Below are positions 40,612 to 50,225 of a stretch of DNA of 64,000 nucleotides, in pieces. The translations under genes were made by a program, and so were the position numbers. The stretch is from an uncultured Candidatus Rokubacteria bacterium (lineage in GTDB: Bacteria > Methylomirabilota > Methylomirabilia > Rokubacteriales > DASRDR01). The stretch lies in contig CAVPSB010000035.1 of assembly GCA_963708025.1 (NCBI GenBank), forward strand, positions 10,800-74,799, read 5' to 3'. Positions within the stretch are counted from its first letter, which is position 1; every line of letters starts with the position of its first letter. The notes beneath the pieces were generated by a model. It did no database searches. It saw nothing but the letters and a program-made list of their open reading frames with translations, and was not told the origin of the DNA.

Positions 40612-41022
40612 TCAGTCCGGGTCATCGATGAAGCCCCAGGCGTCGATCTCGATCAGCAGCTCCTCGGTCGCCAGGCCCTTGACGACGACCCCCGTCTGGC
40701 ACGGCCGCGGCTCGCCGAAGTAGCTCCGGATGACCGGGTAGGCTGCCGCCCGGTAGGCCCGGTCGGTGATGTAGACGGTCATCTTCACGACGTCCGCCAT
40801 CGTCCCGCCCGCCATCTCCATCAGGGCCTTGATGTTCTCGCACGCCTGCCGGGCCTGCGCGGCCGGGTCCCCGGCCCCGACCAGCTTCCCCTCGAACGTG
40901 AACGCCGTCTGACCGGTCAGGTAGACGAAGTTCCCCAGCCGGTAGCACTCGGTCCGCCGGCCGGCGCTGCCGGGCATCCCCATCGGGCCCACGTCGACCT
41001 GGTAGATCACTTTCTTCTTCAT
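40612..41022 (-). CDS. RidA/YjgF/L-PSP family enamine/imine deaminase
   Basis: 136 aa. Contains FVYLTGQTAF...GDPAAQARQACENIKALMEMAGGTMADVVKMTVYITD. Confidence 0.9.
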   Translation of the reverse strand: MKKKVIYQVDVGPMGMPGSAGRRTECYRLGNFVYLTGQTAFTFEGKLVGAGDPAAQARQACENIKALMEMAGGTMADVVKMTVYITDRAYRAAAYPVIRSYFGEPRPCQTGVVVKGLATEELLIEIDAWGFIDDPD

Positions 41023-41071
41023 CGCTCCTCCATGTGGATCCTTCGACTCCCAGCGTGGGTCGGATCGGCCG

Positions 41072-43125
41072 TCACCCTCCGGCGGCCGCGGGCGCGCCGG
41101 GCGCCTGAAGCCGGCGGAGCTCCTCCGGCGGGATGTGGCACGCGATGGCGTGGCCCCACGCGGTCGGCGCCAGCCGCGGCGCCTCGGTCTCGCAGATCGG
41201 CCCCACCTTGCGGGGGCACCGCGGGTGGAACGGGCAGCCCGCGAGCGGGGCGGTCAGGTCGGGCGGCGGCCCCTCGAGGCGGATGGCCGCTCCGGCCCGC
41301 GTCGCCGAGAGGGACGGCACGGCGAGCAGGAGCGCCTCGGTGTACGGGTGCCAGGGCGGCGCGAAGACGTCCTCGGTCCGCCCGGTCTCGCACACCCGGC
41401 CCAGGTAGAGGACGGCGACCCGATCGGCGATGTGCCGCACCACCGAGAGGTCGTGCGAGATGAAGAGGTACGAGGCAGCCCTCGCCGGCCTGGAGCTCGG
41501 CCAGCAGGTTCAGGACCGTCGCCTGGACGGAGACGTCGAGGGCAGAGGTCGGCTCGTCGCAGACGACGAGGTCGGGCCGGCACGCGAACGCGCGCGCGAT
41601 GGCGACGCGCTGGCGCTGGCCGCCGCTGATCTGGGCGGGGAAGGCGTCCAGGTGGCGCTCGCCCAGCCCCACCGCCTCCAGCAGGCGGCCCGCGCGGGCG
41701 CGCCGGGTCCGCCGGTCGGCGAGGCCGAACAGCTCGAGCGGGCGCGCCACCGCGTCGAGGATCGTCCGCCGCGGGTTCAGCGTGAGGTCCGGGTTCTGGA
41801 ACACGATCTGGAGCCGCCGGCGGAGCGCCCGGGGCCAGGCGAGGAGCCGCCGGGGCAGGGCCGTCCCCTCCAGCCGGATCCGGCCCCCGGTGGGACGCAG
41901 CAGGCCGACCACGCAGCGCGCGACCGTGGTCTTGCCCGAGCCGCTCTCGCCCACGACCGCCAGGGTCTCGCCGACCGCGACATCGAGCGAGACGCCGTCG
42001 AGCGCCCGCACGACGCGCCGCCCCCACCCGGCGGGTCCCGCCGCCGTGCGGTACTGGTGGACGAGGTCCTCCGCCGCCAGGAGCGGCCGCTCGGGGCGGG
42101 CGCCGGTCATGCTTGCCGGCCGCGCCTCCCGGCCGCGCTCGCCCGGCGCGGGCACCCGGTCCGCGAAGAAGCAGCGCGAGCCGTGGCCGGGCTCCGTCTC
42201 GACCCAGGGCGGCGGCTCCTGGCGGCAGCGGTCCGCCACGAGCCCGCAGCGCGGGGCGAACTGGCAGCCGTGGAGCTCGCCGGCGGGGTCGGGCAGCGAG
42301 CCCTCGATGGCGGCCAGGGTCCGGCTGGCCGGCGGGGCGTTCGACCCGCGGCAGGCAGTCGAGCAGGGCCACCGTGTACGGATGGCGCGGTCGCGCGAAG
42401 ACCTGCTGGGCCGGCCCCTGCTCGACGACCTCCCCCGCGTACATCACGGCGACCTCGTCGCAGAGCCGGTGGATCACGCCGAGGTTGTGGGTGATGTACA
42501 GGATGGCGGCGGGGGACCGGTGCCGGAGCGAGTCCACCAGGTCCAGGATGCGCGCCTCCGTGGTGACGTCGAGACCGGTGGTCGGCTCGTCCAGCACCAG
42601 GAGGTCGGGGTCGCAGGCGAGCGCGATCGCGATCGACACCCGCTGCTGCTGGCCGCCGGAGAGCTGATGGGGATAGCGCCGGGCCAGCTCGACCGGGCTC
42701 GGGAGCCGGACGGCGTCGAACAGCTCGAGCATCCGGCGCCGGGCGTCGCCGCCGGTGAGCCGCTCGTGCTCGCGCAGGACCTCGACGACCTGCTCACCCA
42801 CGGTCAGCACCGGGTTCAGCGTGCTGGCGGGATCCTGGAAGACCATGGCCAGCCGGCGGCCCCACAGCCGCCGCAGCTCGCGCTCGGGCCGCGCCAGGAG
42901 ATCGTCCCCCCGGTAGCGGACCTCGCCCGCGACGCGCGCGCGGCCCGCCAGCGCCCCCATGACCGCCTGGGCCACCGTGCTCTTGCCGGACCCGGACTCG
43001 CCCACCAGGCCGAAGATGCGCGCGGGGGGGATCGCGAGGGAGACGCCGCGCACCGCGTGGACCGGGCCGCGGCGGGTCCCGTACGTCACGTGGAGGTCGC
43101 GGACGGTCAGGACGGGCTCGCTCAC
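41072..43125 (-). CDS. fused double ABC ATPase (DppD-DppF-like) of the second peptide-type transporter; 2 frameshifts
   Basis: GESGSGKST twice, [12 protein letters not shown] and ISGGQRQRVAIA. There is no stop between the halves in ORF 41019..42239. Frame changes are near 42320 and 41460. The GTGA start overlaps the upstream stop. Confidence 0.8.
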
Positions 43126-44024
43126 GGGAGCTCCCCGGATCGGCGCAACGCGAGCGCCTCCTGCAAGCCGTCCCCGAGGAGGTTGGCTCCCACCACCGCG
43201 GACGAGATCGCCGCCGCCGGGAGGATGGCCAGCCACGGGGCCTGGCTGAGGAAGGGGAGGGCCTCGTTGATCATGAGGCCCCAGTCGGGCGCCGGCGGCT
43301 GGGCGCCGAGGCCGAGGAAGCCGAGCGAGGTCGCCAGGAGGATCGCGTAGGCGAACCGGATCGTCACCTCGACGGTGATCGGGGCCCACGCGTTCGGCAG
43401 CATCTCGCGGAAGAGGATGTACGCCCCGCGCTCCCCCCGGACGCGGGCCGCGTCGATGAACTCGGAGGCGGCCAGGCTCAGCGCCACGCCGCGCACGACG
43501 CGCGCCGAGCGCGGCATGAACACGACCGCGATCCCGAGGACGACGTAGACGGGCTTCGCCCCGACGGTGGTGAGGAGCAGCATGGCCAGGAGCAGCGCCG
43601 GCAGCGCCATCAGCGCGTCCATGAGCCGCATCAGGATCTCGTCGAGGAGCCCGCGATAGAAGCCGCCGACCATCCCGATCACCACCCCGAGCCCGACCCC
43701 CAGGATCGTGCTGACCGACGCCAGCGCCAGGGTGCCCCGGGCCCCCCACATGACCCGGCTCCACTGGTCGCGCCCGAACTGGTCGGTGCCGCCCCAGAAC
43801 GCGCGGGAGGGCGGCTCCAGCGGGTGGGCCATGTGGAACTCGGCGTACGGGTACCGGGCGAGGGTGGGGCCGCCGAGCGCCAGGCCGAGGTGGAGGGCGA
43901 GCAGCGCGGCCCCCACCGCGACGGCCGGGGACCGCACGAGGAGGCGCCGGGCGGCGCTGGCGCCGGGCCGCGCACTCGCCCACGGCGGTGGGACCGAGAC
44001 TGTCGTGCTTTCTGGCTCCGTCAT
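43122..44024 (-). CDS. ABC transporter permease, DppC/OppC-like
   Basis: ATG at 44024 (MTEPESTTV...). Contains FWGGTDQFGRDQWSRVMWGARG. Confidence 0.85.
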   Translation of the reverse strand: MTEPESTTVSVPPPWASARPGASAARRLLVRSPAVAVGAALLALHLGLALGGPTLARYPYAEFHMAHPLEPPSRAFWGGTDQFGRDQWSRVMWGARGTLALASVSTILGVGLGVVIGMVGGFYRGLLDEILMRLMDALMALPALLLAMLLLTTVGAKPVYVVLGIAVVFMPRSARVVRGVALSLAASEFIDAARVRGERGAYILFREMLPNAWAPITVEVTIRFAYAILLATSLGFLGLGAQPPAPDWGLMINEALPFLSQAPWLAILPAAAISSAVVGANLLGDGLQEALALRRSGELP

Positions 44025-44162
44025 CGAATGTCCAACCGCCCGGGCCGAGACCCGAGCAGCCCTAGGACGCAGGGAGGAGGCGGGCCGAGGCGTATGCCGC
44101 ATACGTCGAGGCCCGCCGACGACCGAGGACGACGGGATGCGACGGGTATCGGCCCGGGCATC

Positions 44163-45110
44163 TCAGTATCGGATGCGGGGATCGAGGTAGGCATAGACCA
44201 CGTCGGCGGCCAGGTTGGCCAGCGCGTAGCTCAGCGCGATCACGAGCGCCGCCATCTGGATCACCGGGACGTCGCGGTGGTTGACCGCGTCCACCATGAG
44301 CCGGCCCAGGCCCGGGTAGGCGAACACCGTCTCGACCACGACGATGCCGCCCAGGAGGAAGCCGACGTTGATGGCCACGATGCCCACCGTGGGGAGCAGC
44401 GCGTTGCGGAGCGCGTGGCGCAGGATGACCTTTCGCGGGCGCAGGCCCCGGAGCCGGGCCGATCGGACGTACGGCTGATCGAGTACCTCGATCATGCTGG
44501 CCCGGGTCATCCGCGTCATGTGGGCCAGGAGCGCGAGCACGAGCGTCAGCGCGGGCAGGACCAGGCTCGGCGCGATGGCCGCGAGGCCGGCGCGGGGATC
44601 GATGAGGCTCGAGGGGGGGAAGATCGGGAGCCAGAACGCGAGCAGGAGGATGAGGACGGTTCCCGAGATGAACTCGGGGAGCGACACCGAGACCAGCGTG
44701 ACGAGGCCCACCACCTGGTCGAGGAGGCGATGGCGGCGGAGGGCCGAGAGGACGCCGAGCCCGATCGACAGCGGCACGGCGACCCCGAGCGCGAGGACGG
44801 CGAGCAGGGCCGACTGGCGGAGGCGCTCGAGCACCAGGGGGCGGACCGGGACCTGGTAGAGGAGGGAGGTCCCCCACTCGCCCCGGATCGCTCCCGTGAT
44901 CCAGTCGGCGTAGCGGAGGACGGCGGGCCGGTCGAGGCCGAGCTTCACCCGGAGGGCGGCGAGATCCTGGGGGGTGGCCGACGTCCCCAGGATCATCACC
45001 GCCACGTCGCCGGGCAGGAGCTGGACGATCCCGAAGATCAGGACCGACACGACCAGCATCACCAGCGCCACCAGCAGGAGGCGCCGAGCCACGAACGTTA
45101 GAGTCCTCAC
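44163..45110 (-). CDS. ABC transporter permease, DppB/OppB-like
   Basis: 315 aa. Reads MRTLTFVARRLLLVALVMLVVSVLIFGIVQLLPGD. Confidence 0.9.
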   Translation of the reverse strand: MRTLTFVARRLLLVALVMLVVSVLIFGIVQLLPGDVAVMILGTSATPQDLAALRVKLGLDRPAVLRYADWITGAIRGEWGTSLLYQVPVRPLVLERLRQSALLAVLALGVAVPLSIGLGVLSALRRHRLLDQVVGLVTLVSVSLPEFISGTVLILLLAFWLPIFPPSSLIDPRAGLAAIAPSLVLPALTLVLALLAHMTRMTRASMIEVLDQPYVRSARLRGLRPRKVILRHALRNALLPTVGIVAINVGFLLGGIVVVETVFAYPGLGRLMVDAVNHRDVPVIQMAALVIALSYALANLAADVVYAYLDPRIRY

Positions 45111-45247
45111 GGTCTATTCGGGGGGGACTCGGAAGACCCCCCGAGGCCTCCCCGTCGTGGCATCGGGCCCACCCTCACCCCAGCCCTCTCCCTCCCGAGG
45201 GAGGGAGGGAGGAGAGGGAGCCGACGGGAGACCACGGCTTCCGCTGC

Positions 45248-46825
45248 TCAGGCCTCGAGCCAGGTGTTGCGGAAGTCGCACCACCGCAGGGGGTGGAGCG
45301 TGTAGCCCTTGACGGCGGTGCGCATGGCGCTCACGTACTGGGTGTGGTAGGCCACGGCGTAGTGGCCCTCGTCCGAGATGACCTTCTGCACCTCGGCGTA
45401 GAGCTCCTTGCGCTTGCCCGGGTCGGTGGACGAGCGCCCGTCGTCGAGCAGCTTGTCGAGCTTCGGGTTCGAGTACTCGCCCTCGTTCCAGCTCCCGCCC
45501 GTCCGGAAAAAGGGGTAGAGCGTCTCGTCGATGGTGGCCCGACCGAACCAGTTGTTGACGTAGAGCGCCTTCTTCTTGTAGATGGTGGCATTGAAGACGG
45601 ACCACGGCACGGTCTTCACCTCGAGCTTGATGCCCGCCGACGCCACCATCTGCTGGACGGCGACCGCCAGCTCCTGCAGGCCGACGCGCTCGTTGGACGT
45701 CCAGATCTCCTCGCTGAAGCCCTGGGCCAGCCCGGCCTCGGCCAGGAGCGCCTTGGCCCGCCCGACGTCCTGCGTGCGCTGGGGGAGGGAGGTCCAGAAG
45801 GGGTTGATCTCGGGGACGGGGTGGTCGTTGGCCACCGAGCCGCGCCCCTGCCAGAGCGCCTTGACGATGCCGTCGCGGTCCAGGAGGTACTTCAGCGCCA
45901 GGCGGACCTTGTTGTCGCTGAACGGCTTCTGGGCCGTGTTCATGACGACCGGCTGGAACGACGTGCTCTTCACGCTGACCAGCGACACCCCGGGCGCCCG
46001 CTCCAGCGCCCCGATGAACGGCACCGGCACCTCGAACATCATCTGGACGTCGCCGCCGGAGAGCGAGGCGACCTGGCTCGGCTGCTGCGGGATGTTCACC
46101 TGCCACAGCTCGCTCAGGTGCGGGCGCGGCTTGTCCCAGTAGTCGGCGAAGCGGACCAGGCGCGTGCGCTCGCCCGGCTTGAATTCCGCGACCCGGAAGG
46201 GGCCGGTGCCGGACGGCTCGCTCACGATCTTGTCGGCGCGGTCGGCGGGCAGGATGCGGCCGAAGCTGGAGCCCAGGCTCACCGGGAGATCGGCGTAGGA
46301 CGCGGACATCCGGAAGCGCACCGTGTAGTCGTCGGCGGCCTCGACCTTCTCGATCGGCCCCAGGGCCGTGCGGCCGGGGGAGGCCGTCTTCGGATCCAGG
46401 ATCCGCTCGAAGGTGAACACGACGTCGCTGGCCTTGAGCTCCCGCCCGTGGTGGAACTTCACGCCCTGGCGCAGGGTGAAGGTCCAGACCCGCGCCTGGG
46501 GGTCGGCCGTCCACCGGGTGGCCAGCAGCGGCTGGGGCTGGAGCTTCTCGTCGACCCGCGTCAGGTTGTCGTAGACGTTCTGGGTGATCATGTACTCGTC
46601 GCCCTGGATGGCGAGCGCGGGGTCGATCGTCCGGGGCGAGCTGGCCCAGGCCATCTTGAGGATGCCGCCTTGCCGCGGGGCCTGGGCCCAGGCCTGGCCC
46701 GCCTCGCGCCGCCCGACCGGCGGCGCGACGCCGACCGCGCCCGCCGCCGCCGCGAGCTGGAGGAGCCGCCGCCGCGTGATCGCTGCCGACCCACCCGTTC
46801 CGCCCACACCCTGTCTCATCGCCAT
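45248..46825 (-). CDS. ABC transporter substrate-binding protein, family 5, Tat signal
   Basis: ATG at 46825 follows AAGGAGG. Reads MAMRQGVGGTGGSAAITRRRLLQLAAAAGAVGVA and has a family 5 body. Taken from the long ORF 45248..47728. Confidence 0.9.
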   Translation of the reverse strand: MAMRQGVGGTGGSAAITRRRLLQLAAAAGAVGVAPPVGRREAGQAWAQAPRQGGILKMAWASSPRTIDPALAIQGDEYMITQNVYDNLTRVDEKLQPQPLLATRWTADPQARVWTFTLRQGVKFHHGRELKASDVVFTFERILDPKTASPGRTALGPIEKVEAADDYTVRFRMSASYADLPVSLGSSFGRILPADRADKIVSEPSGTGPFRVAEFKPGERTRLVRFADYWDKPRPHLSELWQVNIPQQPSQVASLSGGDVQMMFEVPVPFIGALERAPGVSLVSVKSTSFQPVVMNTAQKPFSDNKVRLALKYLLDRDGIVKALWQGRGSVANDHPVPEINPFWTSLPQRTQDVGRAKALLAEAGLAQGFSEEIWTSNERVGLQELAVAVQQMVASAGIKLEVKTVPWSVFNATIYKKKALYVNNWFGRATIDETLYPFFRTGGSWNEGEYSNPKLDKLLDDGRSSTDPGKRKELYAEVQKVISDEGHYAVAYHTQYVSAMRTAVKGYTLHPLRWCDFRNTWLEA

Positions 46826-46851
46826 GCCTCCTTGTCTGGTGAATGCTCGGG

Positions 46852-46960
46852 ACCTCCCGCCTACCCCCCCAACCCCCCCGTTTGACGGGATCGCCGACGG
46901 CTCGGTCCGACGGCCTTCGGACGTCCCGCCCTTTGGCTCGGGGGGAGGGGGGGCCGGAGG
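46852..46960. repeat. REP-B element in the leader of the binding-protein gene
   Basis: It starts acctcccgcctaccccccc, as at 22755. It contains gacggccttcgg and ends gggggagggggggccggagg. Confidence 0.6.
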
Positions 46961-47014
46961 CCCATACGCTCTCGGCGCGTCGTTAGCCAGGCGGTTCCGA
47001 TTCCTTCCCTTCCA

Positions 47015-47133
47015 TCGGCTTCTCGCAATCCTCTGACGTTGGCCACGCGGCCGTGGCGTTCCGCTTCGAGCCGCGGCTTCGCCGCGGCCTCCGAAGGGGG
47101 GGCCTCGGGGGGTCTTCCGAGACCCCCCCGAGG
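47015..47133 (+). repeat. REP-A element
   Basis: tcggcttctcgcaa...cgagccgcggcttcgccgcggcctccgaagggggggcctcggggggtcttccgagacccccccgagg. Confidence 0.8.
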
Positions 47134-47136
47134 TTC

Positions 47137-47542
47137 TCAACGGTCGATCACCGCGAAGGCGTCGATCTCGACGAACAGCTCCGGGCAGCGCCAGGCCGGA
47201 GACCACGACACCGGTGCTGCAGTGGTGGACACCCTCGAAGTACTTGTCGATCTGGGCGTAGACCGACGGGCGATAGGCCACGTCGGTCACGTAGACCGTG
47301 AGCTTGCAGACGTCCTTGATGGTGCCGCCCGCCTCGGTCATGAGCTGCACGATGTTCTTGCACGCCTGCTCGGCTTGCGCCCCGGCGTCGCCCCGGCCGA
47401 CGAACTTGCCGTCGAGATCGAAGCCGGTCTGCCCCCGGAGGAAGACGTAGTCGCCCCGGGTGCGGATCGCCATGGAGTAGGTGCCGTGGGCGTGGTACTT
47501 GTAGGCCGACGCGTCGAACTTCCGGATGAACTGCTTGGCCAT
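47137..47542 (-). CDS. RidA/YjgF family protein (one frameshift near 47195)
   Basis: MAKQFIRKFDASAYKYHAHGTYSMAIRTRGDYVFLRGQTGF...KLTVYVTDVAY. The expected end, PELFVEIDAFAVIDR-stop, is one base out of frame at a CCC run. Confidence 0.8.
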
Positions 47543-47570
47543 AAGCGGTCTCCTCGGGTTCGGGTGACGG

Positions 47571-49085
47571 TCAGGCCGGCGCCCCGGACGCCAGTACCCG
47601 GGCGCGGTCGAGGAGCGCCGCGATCGCCCGCTCGACGTAGGCGCTCTTCTCGGCGTGCCAGCGGGCATGGACCGCCAGGGCCGTCTCGGCCTGCGCGACG
47701 TGCGCCAGCACCTCGCGCGGATTGACACTCCCCTCGGTGACGCGTGTCTCGACGAAGTGACGGGGGTCCAGCAGCCGGCGGATCTCGGCCACGGTGACCT
47801 CGACCTCCAGGCCGGCGACCTCCCGGAGGGCCCGGGTCAGCAGCTCGGGCGCGGCGTCGGCCGGTCCCTGCCGCCGCTCGAGGGCGTCCCGGACGAAGCG
47901 GGCGACGACGTGGTGCGCCGTGCGGAACGGGAGGTCGTGGCGCCGCACCAGCTCGTCGGCGAGGTGGCTCGCCGTGCTCCAGAAGGCGCCGGCCTTGGCG
48001 GCCATCGCGTCCTCGTGGACGACCAGGGTCCGGATCACCTCGGTCATGAGCCGGAGGGCGCCGAGGACGGCGTCCCCGTACGGCGTCACGACGTCGTCGC
48101 CGAACGCCAGGTCGAGGTCGGTCGAGAGCACGGTACGCTGGCAGCCCATCACCGTCGGCAGCCAGCCGATGGCCTGGCCGGCCACCGCCTTGACGTGCTC
48201 GAGGGCGTGCGGGTTCTTCTTCTGGGGCATGATGCTGCTCGTCCCCGCCAGCCCGTCCGCCACCTCCACGAAGCCGAACTCCCACGCGTGCCAGACGTAG
48301 AGGTCGGTGGCGAGCCGCCCGAGGTTCGCCATCAGGAGCGCCAGGACCGCGACGACCTCCTCGATGTAGTCGCGGGCGAAGACGCCCGCGTCCGACGAGT
48401 TCAGGACCAGCCCCTCGTGTCCGAGCAGCTCGGCGGTCCGGCGCCGGCTCACCGGCCAGGACGTGCCGGCGTTGGCGGCGCCGCCGAGGCCGCTCCGGTT
48501 CGTCCGGGCGAACGCGCCGGCGAGCCGCTCCAGGTCGCGCTCGAGCCCGCTGGCCTGCCGCATGAGGTAGTGGCCGAAGGTCCAGGGCTGGGCGTGCTGG
48601 AAATGGGTGTAGCCCGGCATCACGGTGGCGGCGTGCTCGCGCGCCCGGCCGAGGAGCGCGCCCTGGAGGGCGAGGAGGTCCGCGACGACCCCGAGGAGCA
48701 GGTCGCGCAGGAACAGGCGGTCGGCCGCGGCGTCCTGGTCGTTGCGGCTCCGCCCGGTCTGGAGCCGGCCGGCGACGTCCTCGCCCAGCCGGCCGCCGAG
48801 GAAGTGCTCGATCTGGACCAGGTACGAGCCCGACCGGGGATCCCACGGGAAGCGCTCGGGCCCGAGGTCGAAGACCTCGAGCAGCCCCTGGAGGAGCCGC
48901 GGGCCCCGATGCCCGCCGACGATGCCCGTCTCGGCCAGCATCACCGCGTGGGCGAGGTCGACCAGCGCGTACTCGCGGAACCGGCGCCGCAGGTAGCCGA
49001 GCTTCGGCGCCTCGTCGTAGGTCACCAGCACCGGGTTCCGGGGACCGAGGCGCGCTTCCTCCAGGAACAGGTCCTGCTTCGTCAT
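47571..49085 (-). CDS. argininosuccinate lyase-like member of the fumarase/aspartase (C-N lyase) superfamily
   Basis: ATG at 49085 (MTKQDLF...). Contains TGRSRNDQ, MPGYTHFQHAQP and the signature GTSSIMPQKKNP. Confidence 0.85.
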   Translation of the reverse strand: MTKQDLFLEEARLGPRNPVLVTYDEAPKLGYLRRRFREYALVDLAHAVMLAETGIVGGHRGPRLLQGLLEVFDLGPERFPWDPRSGSYLVQIEHFLGGRLGEDVAGRLQTGRSRNDQDAAADRLFLRDLLLGVVADLLALQGALLGRAREHAATVMPGYTHFQHAQPWTFGHYLMRQASGLERDLERLAGAFARTNRSGLGGAANAGTSWPVSRRRTAELLGHEGLVLNSSDAGVFARDYIEEVVAVLALLMANLGRLATDLYVWHAWEFGFVEVADGLAGTSSIMPQKKNPHALEHVKAVAGQAIGWLPTVMGCQRTVLSTDLDLAFGDDVVTPYGDAVLGALRLMTEVIRTLVVHEDAMAAKAGAFWSTASHLADELVRRHDLPFRTAHHVVARFVRDALERRQGPADAAPELLTRALREVAGLEVEVTVAEIRRLLDPRHFVETRVTEGSVNPREVLAHVAQAETALAVHARWHAEKSAYVERAIAALLDRARVLASGAPA

Positions 49086-49514
49086 GCGCGACGTCCTCCT
49101 GGCCGGCCCCGACGCGCGGCGAAAGGGCAAGGCGAGAGCGAGGGTCGAAGATCCACGCCGTTGTGGCCTTCTTTGTACACCGCCGCGACCCGGGGTCGCA
49201 AGGCGCCCCTCGGAAAGCGGGACGGCTCAGGCCTCGGCGCCGGCACGCATCGCGCCGGCGGCGATCAGCGCGTCGATCTCCCGGGGCGAGGGTTCGGGCG
49301 CTGCGCCGCGCAGCGCGCGCCACCTCTGCCGCTCGGCCCCGCCTCGGTTAGCCTACACCGGAGGGGACATCCAAACCTTCGCATCGGCTCACGAATGGAG
49401 TCCCGGTGCGATGACACCTTCTCGGGTTCATCGTCGCCAGGCTTCGCCCCCAAGCATCGAAGTGGGTTCCCAGGGGCACCCCGTCAGAGGACGTCTTGCT
49501 TGGCCGAGCTCCTG

Positions 49515-49532
49515 GGACCAAGGTCCAATAGC
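49515..49532 (+). repeat. 18-nt motif GGACCAAGGTCCAATAGC, copy 1
   Basis: Identical to 53447..53464. It is followed after 18 nt by CTAGTGT. Confidence 0.8.
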
Positions 49533-49651
49533 GGCCCTCCCGAGCGGTTGCTAGTGTGGCCGTGTACCGGCCGGTCCTGCGATCAAACGCCACCTGCATC
49601 GTGGGGAAACTCGCGCCGGCCCCGAAACTCCGAGCCCGACAGGAGACCGCC

Positions 49652-49750
49652 ATGGCCGAGAAGAATCGCCGGAAGACCGCCCGGATGCGCGCCGCCCTCA
49701 AGAAGAAGCAGAAGAACCGCAAGGCTCGCGTCGCCGGCCGATCCCGCTGA
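49652..49750 (+). CDS. very basic 32-aa protein, hypothetical
   Basis: AGGAGA lies 6 nt before the ATG. Reads MAEKNRRKTARMRAALKKKQKNRKARVAGRSR. Confidence 0.4.
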   Translation: MAEKNRRKTARMRAALKKKQKNRKARVAGRSR

Positions 49751-49789
49751 GCGAGCCGCTGGTATCGACGATCAGACCTTTACGGGGAT

Positions 49790-49960
49790 GTAAGAACCTC
49801 TACCGCGCAACTGGACCTGGGCGGCCCTCAGCGGCGGGCGTTCGCGATCGACGTGTTGGCATGCCCCCGCTGTGGCGGCCCGCTGCGCGTGCCCCGTCCG
49901 ACATCCCGATGACAATGTCTCGGATCTTCTCCGACGCGGTGAAGTGCGTCTCGACGTCCT
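49790..49960 (+). mobile_element. scar of an IS91-family (Y2 rolling-circle) transposase C-terminus
   Basis: Reads ...RRAFAIDVLACPRCGGPLRV, then (frameshifted) RHPDDNVSDLLRRGEV. This resembles the conserved ...VF.IDVL.CP.CGG.M..IA.I..P.V...IL.HLGL tail. No transposase body is present. Confidence 0.45.
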
Positions 49961-50147
49961 ACCGAATGCGGAGGTCGCGCAACGAGCCCAGGACACCGAA
50001 TGTCTGCAACAGCCAGATGACGACCACGATGACGACCACGACATTGAGGATCGTCTTGATCTTCGGATCCATCGGCACGTAGTTGTTGATCAGCCAGAGC
50101 AGAACCCCGACAACCACCAGCGTGATGATGAGTCCGATCAGGCTCAT
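49959..50147 (-). CDS. Thivi_2564-family small membrane protein
   Basis: 62 aa. Reads MSLIGLIITLVVVGVLLWLINNYVPMDPKIKTILNVVVVIVVVIWLLQTFGVLG. Confidence 0.8.
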   Translation of the reverse strand: MSLIGLIITLVVVGVLLWLINNYVPMDPKIKTILNVVVVIVVVIWLLQTFGVLGSLRDLRIR

Positions 50148-50225
50148 GTCGGCTCCTCTCTCATTACTGCACGACGAAGCTCGTGGTTCCGCGTGACAGC
50201 CGGTCGCCCACGGAGACGGTCACTC

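Noticed and set aside
45160-45230. A peptide-like translation (PSPSRGREGGEG...) suggesting a small gene between the permease and binding-protein genes.
   Set aside because: The sequence is a purine/pyrimidine palindrome with no start codon or RBS. It is better explained as an intergenic hairpin repeat.
49533-49560. Reading the 18-nt motif plus CTAGTGT/CTAGAGT as a standard sigma-70 or ECF promoter.
   Set aside because: TAGTGT and TAGAGT fit TANNNT. However, no acceptable -35 hexamer lies 16-18 nt upstream in either copy, and the spacing does not fit GGAAC-N16-CGT type ECF promoters. The function is left open.
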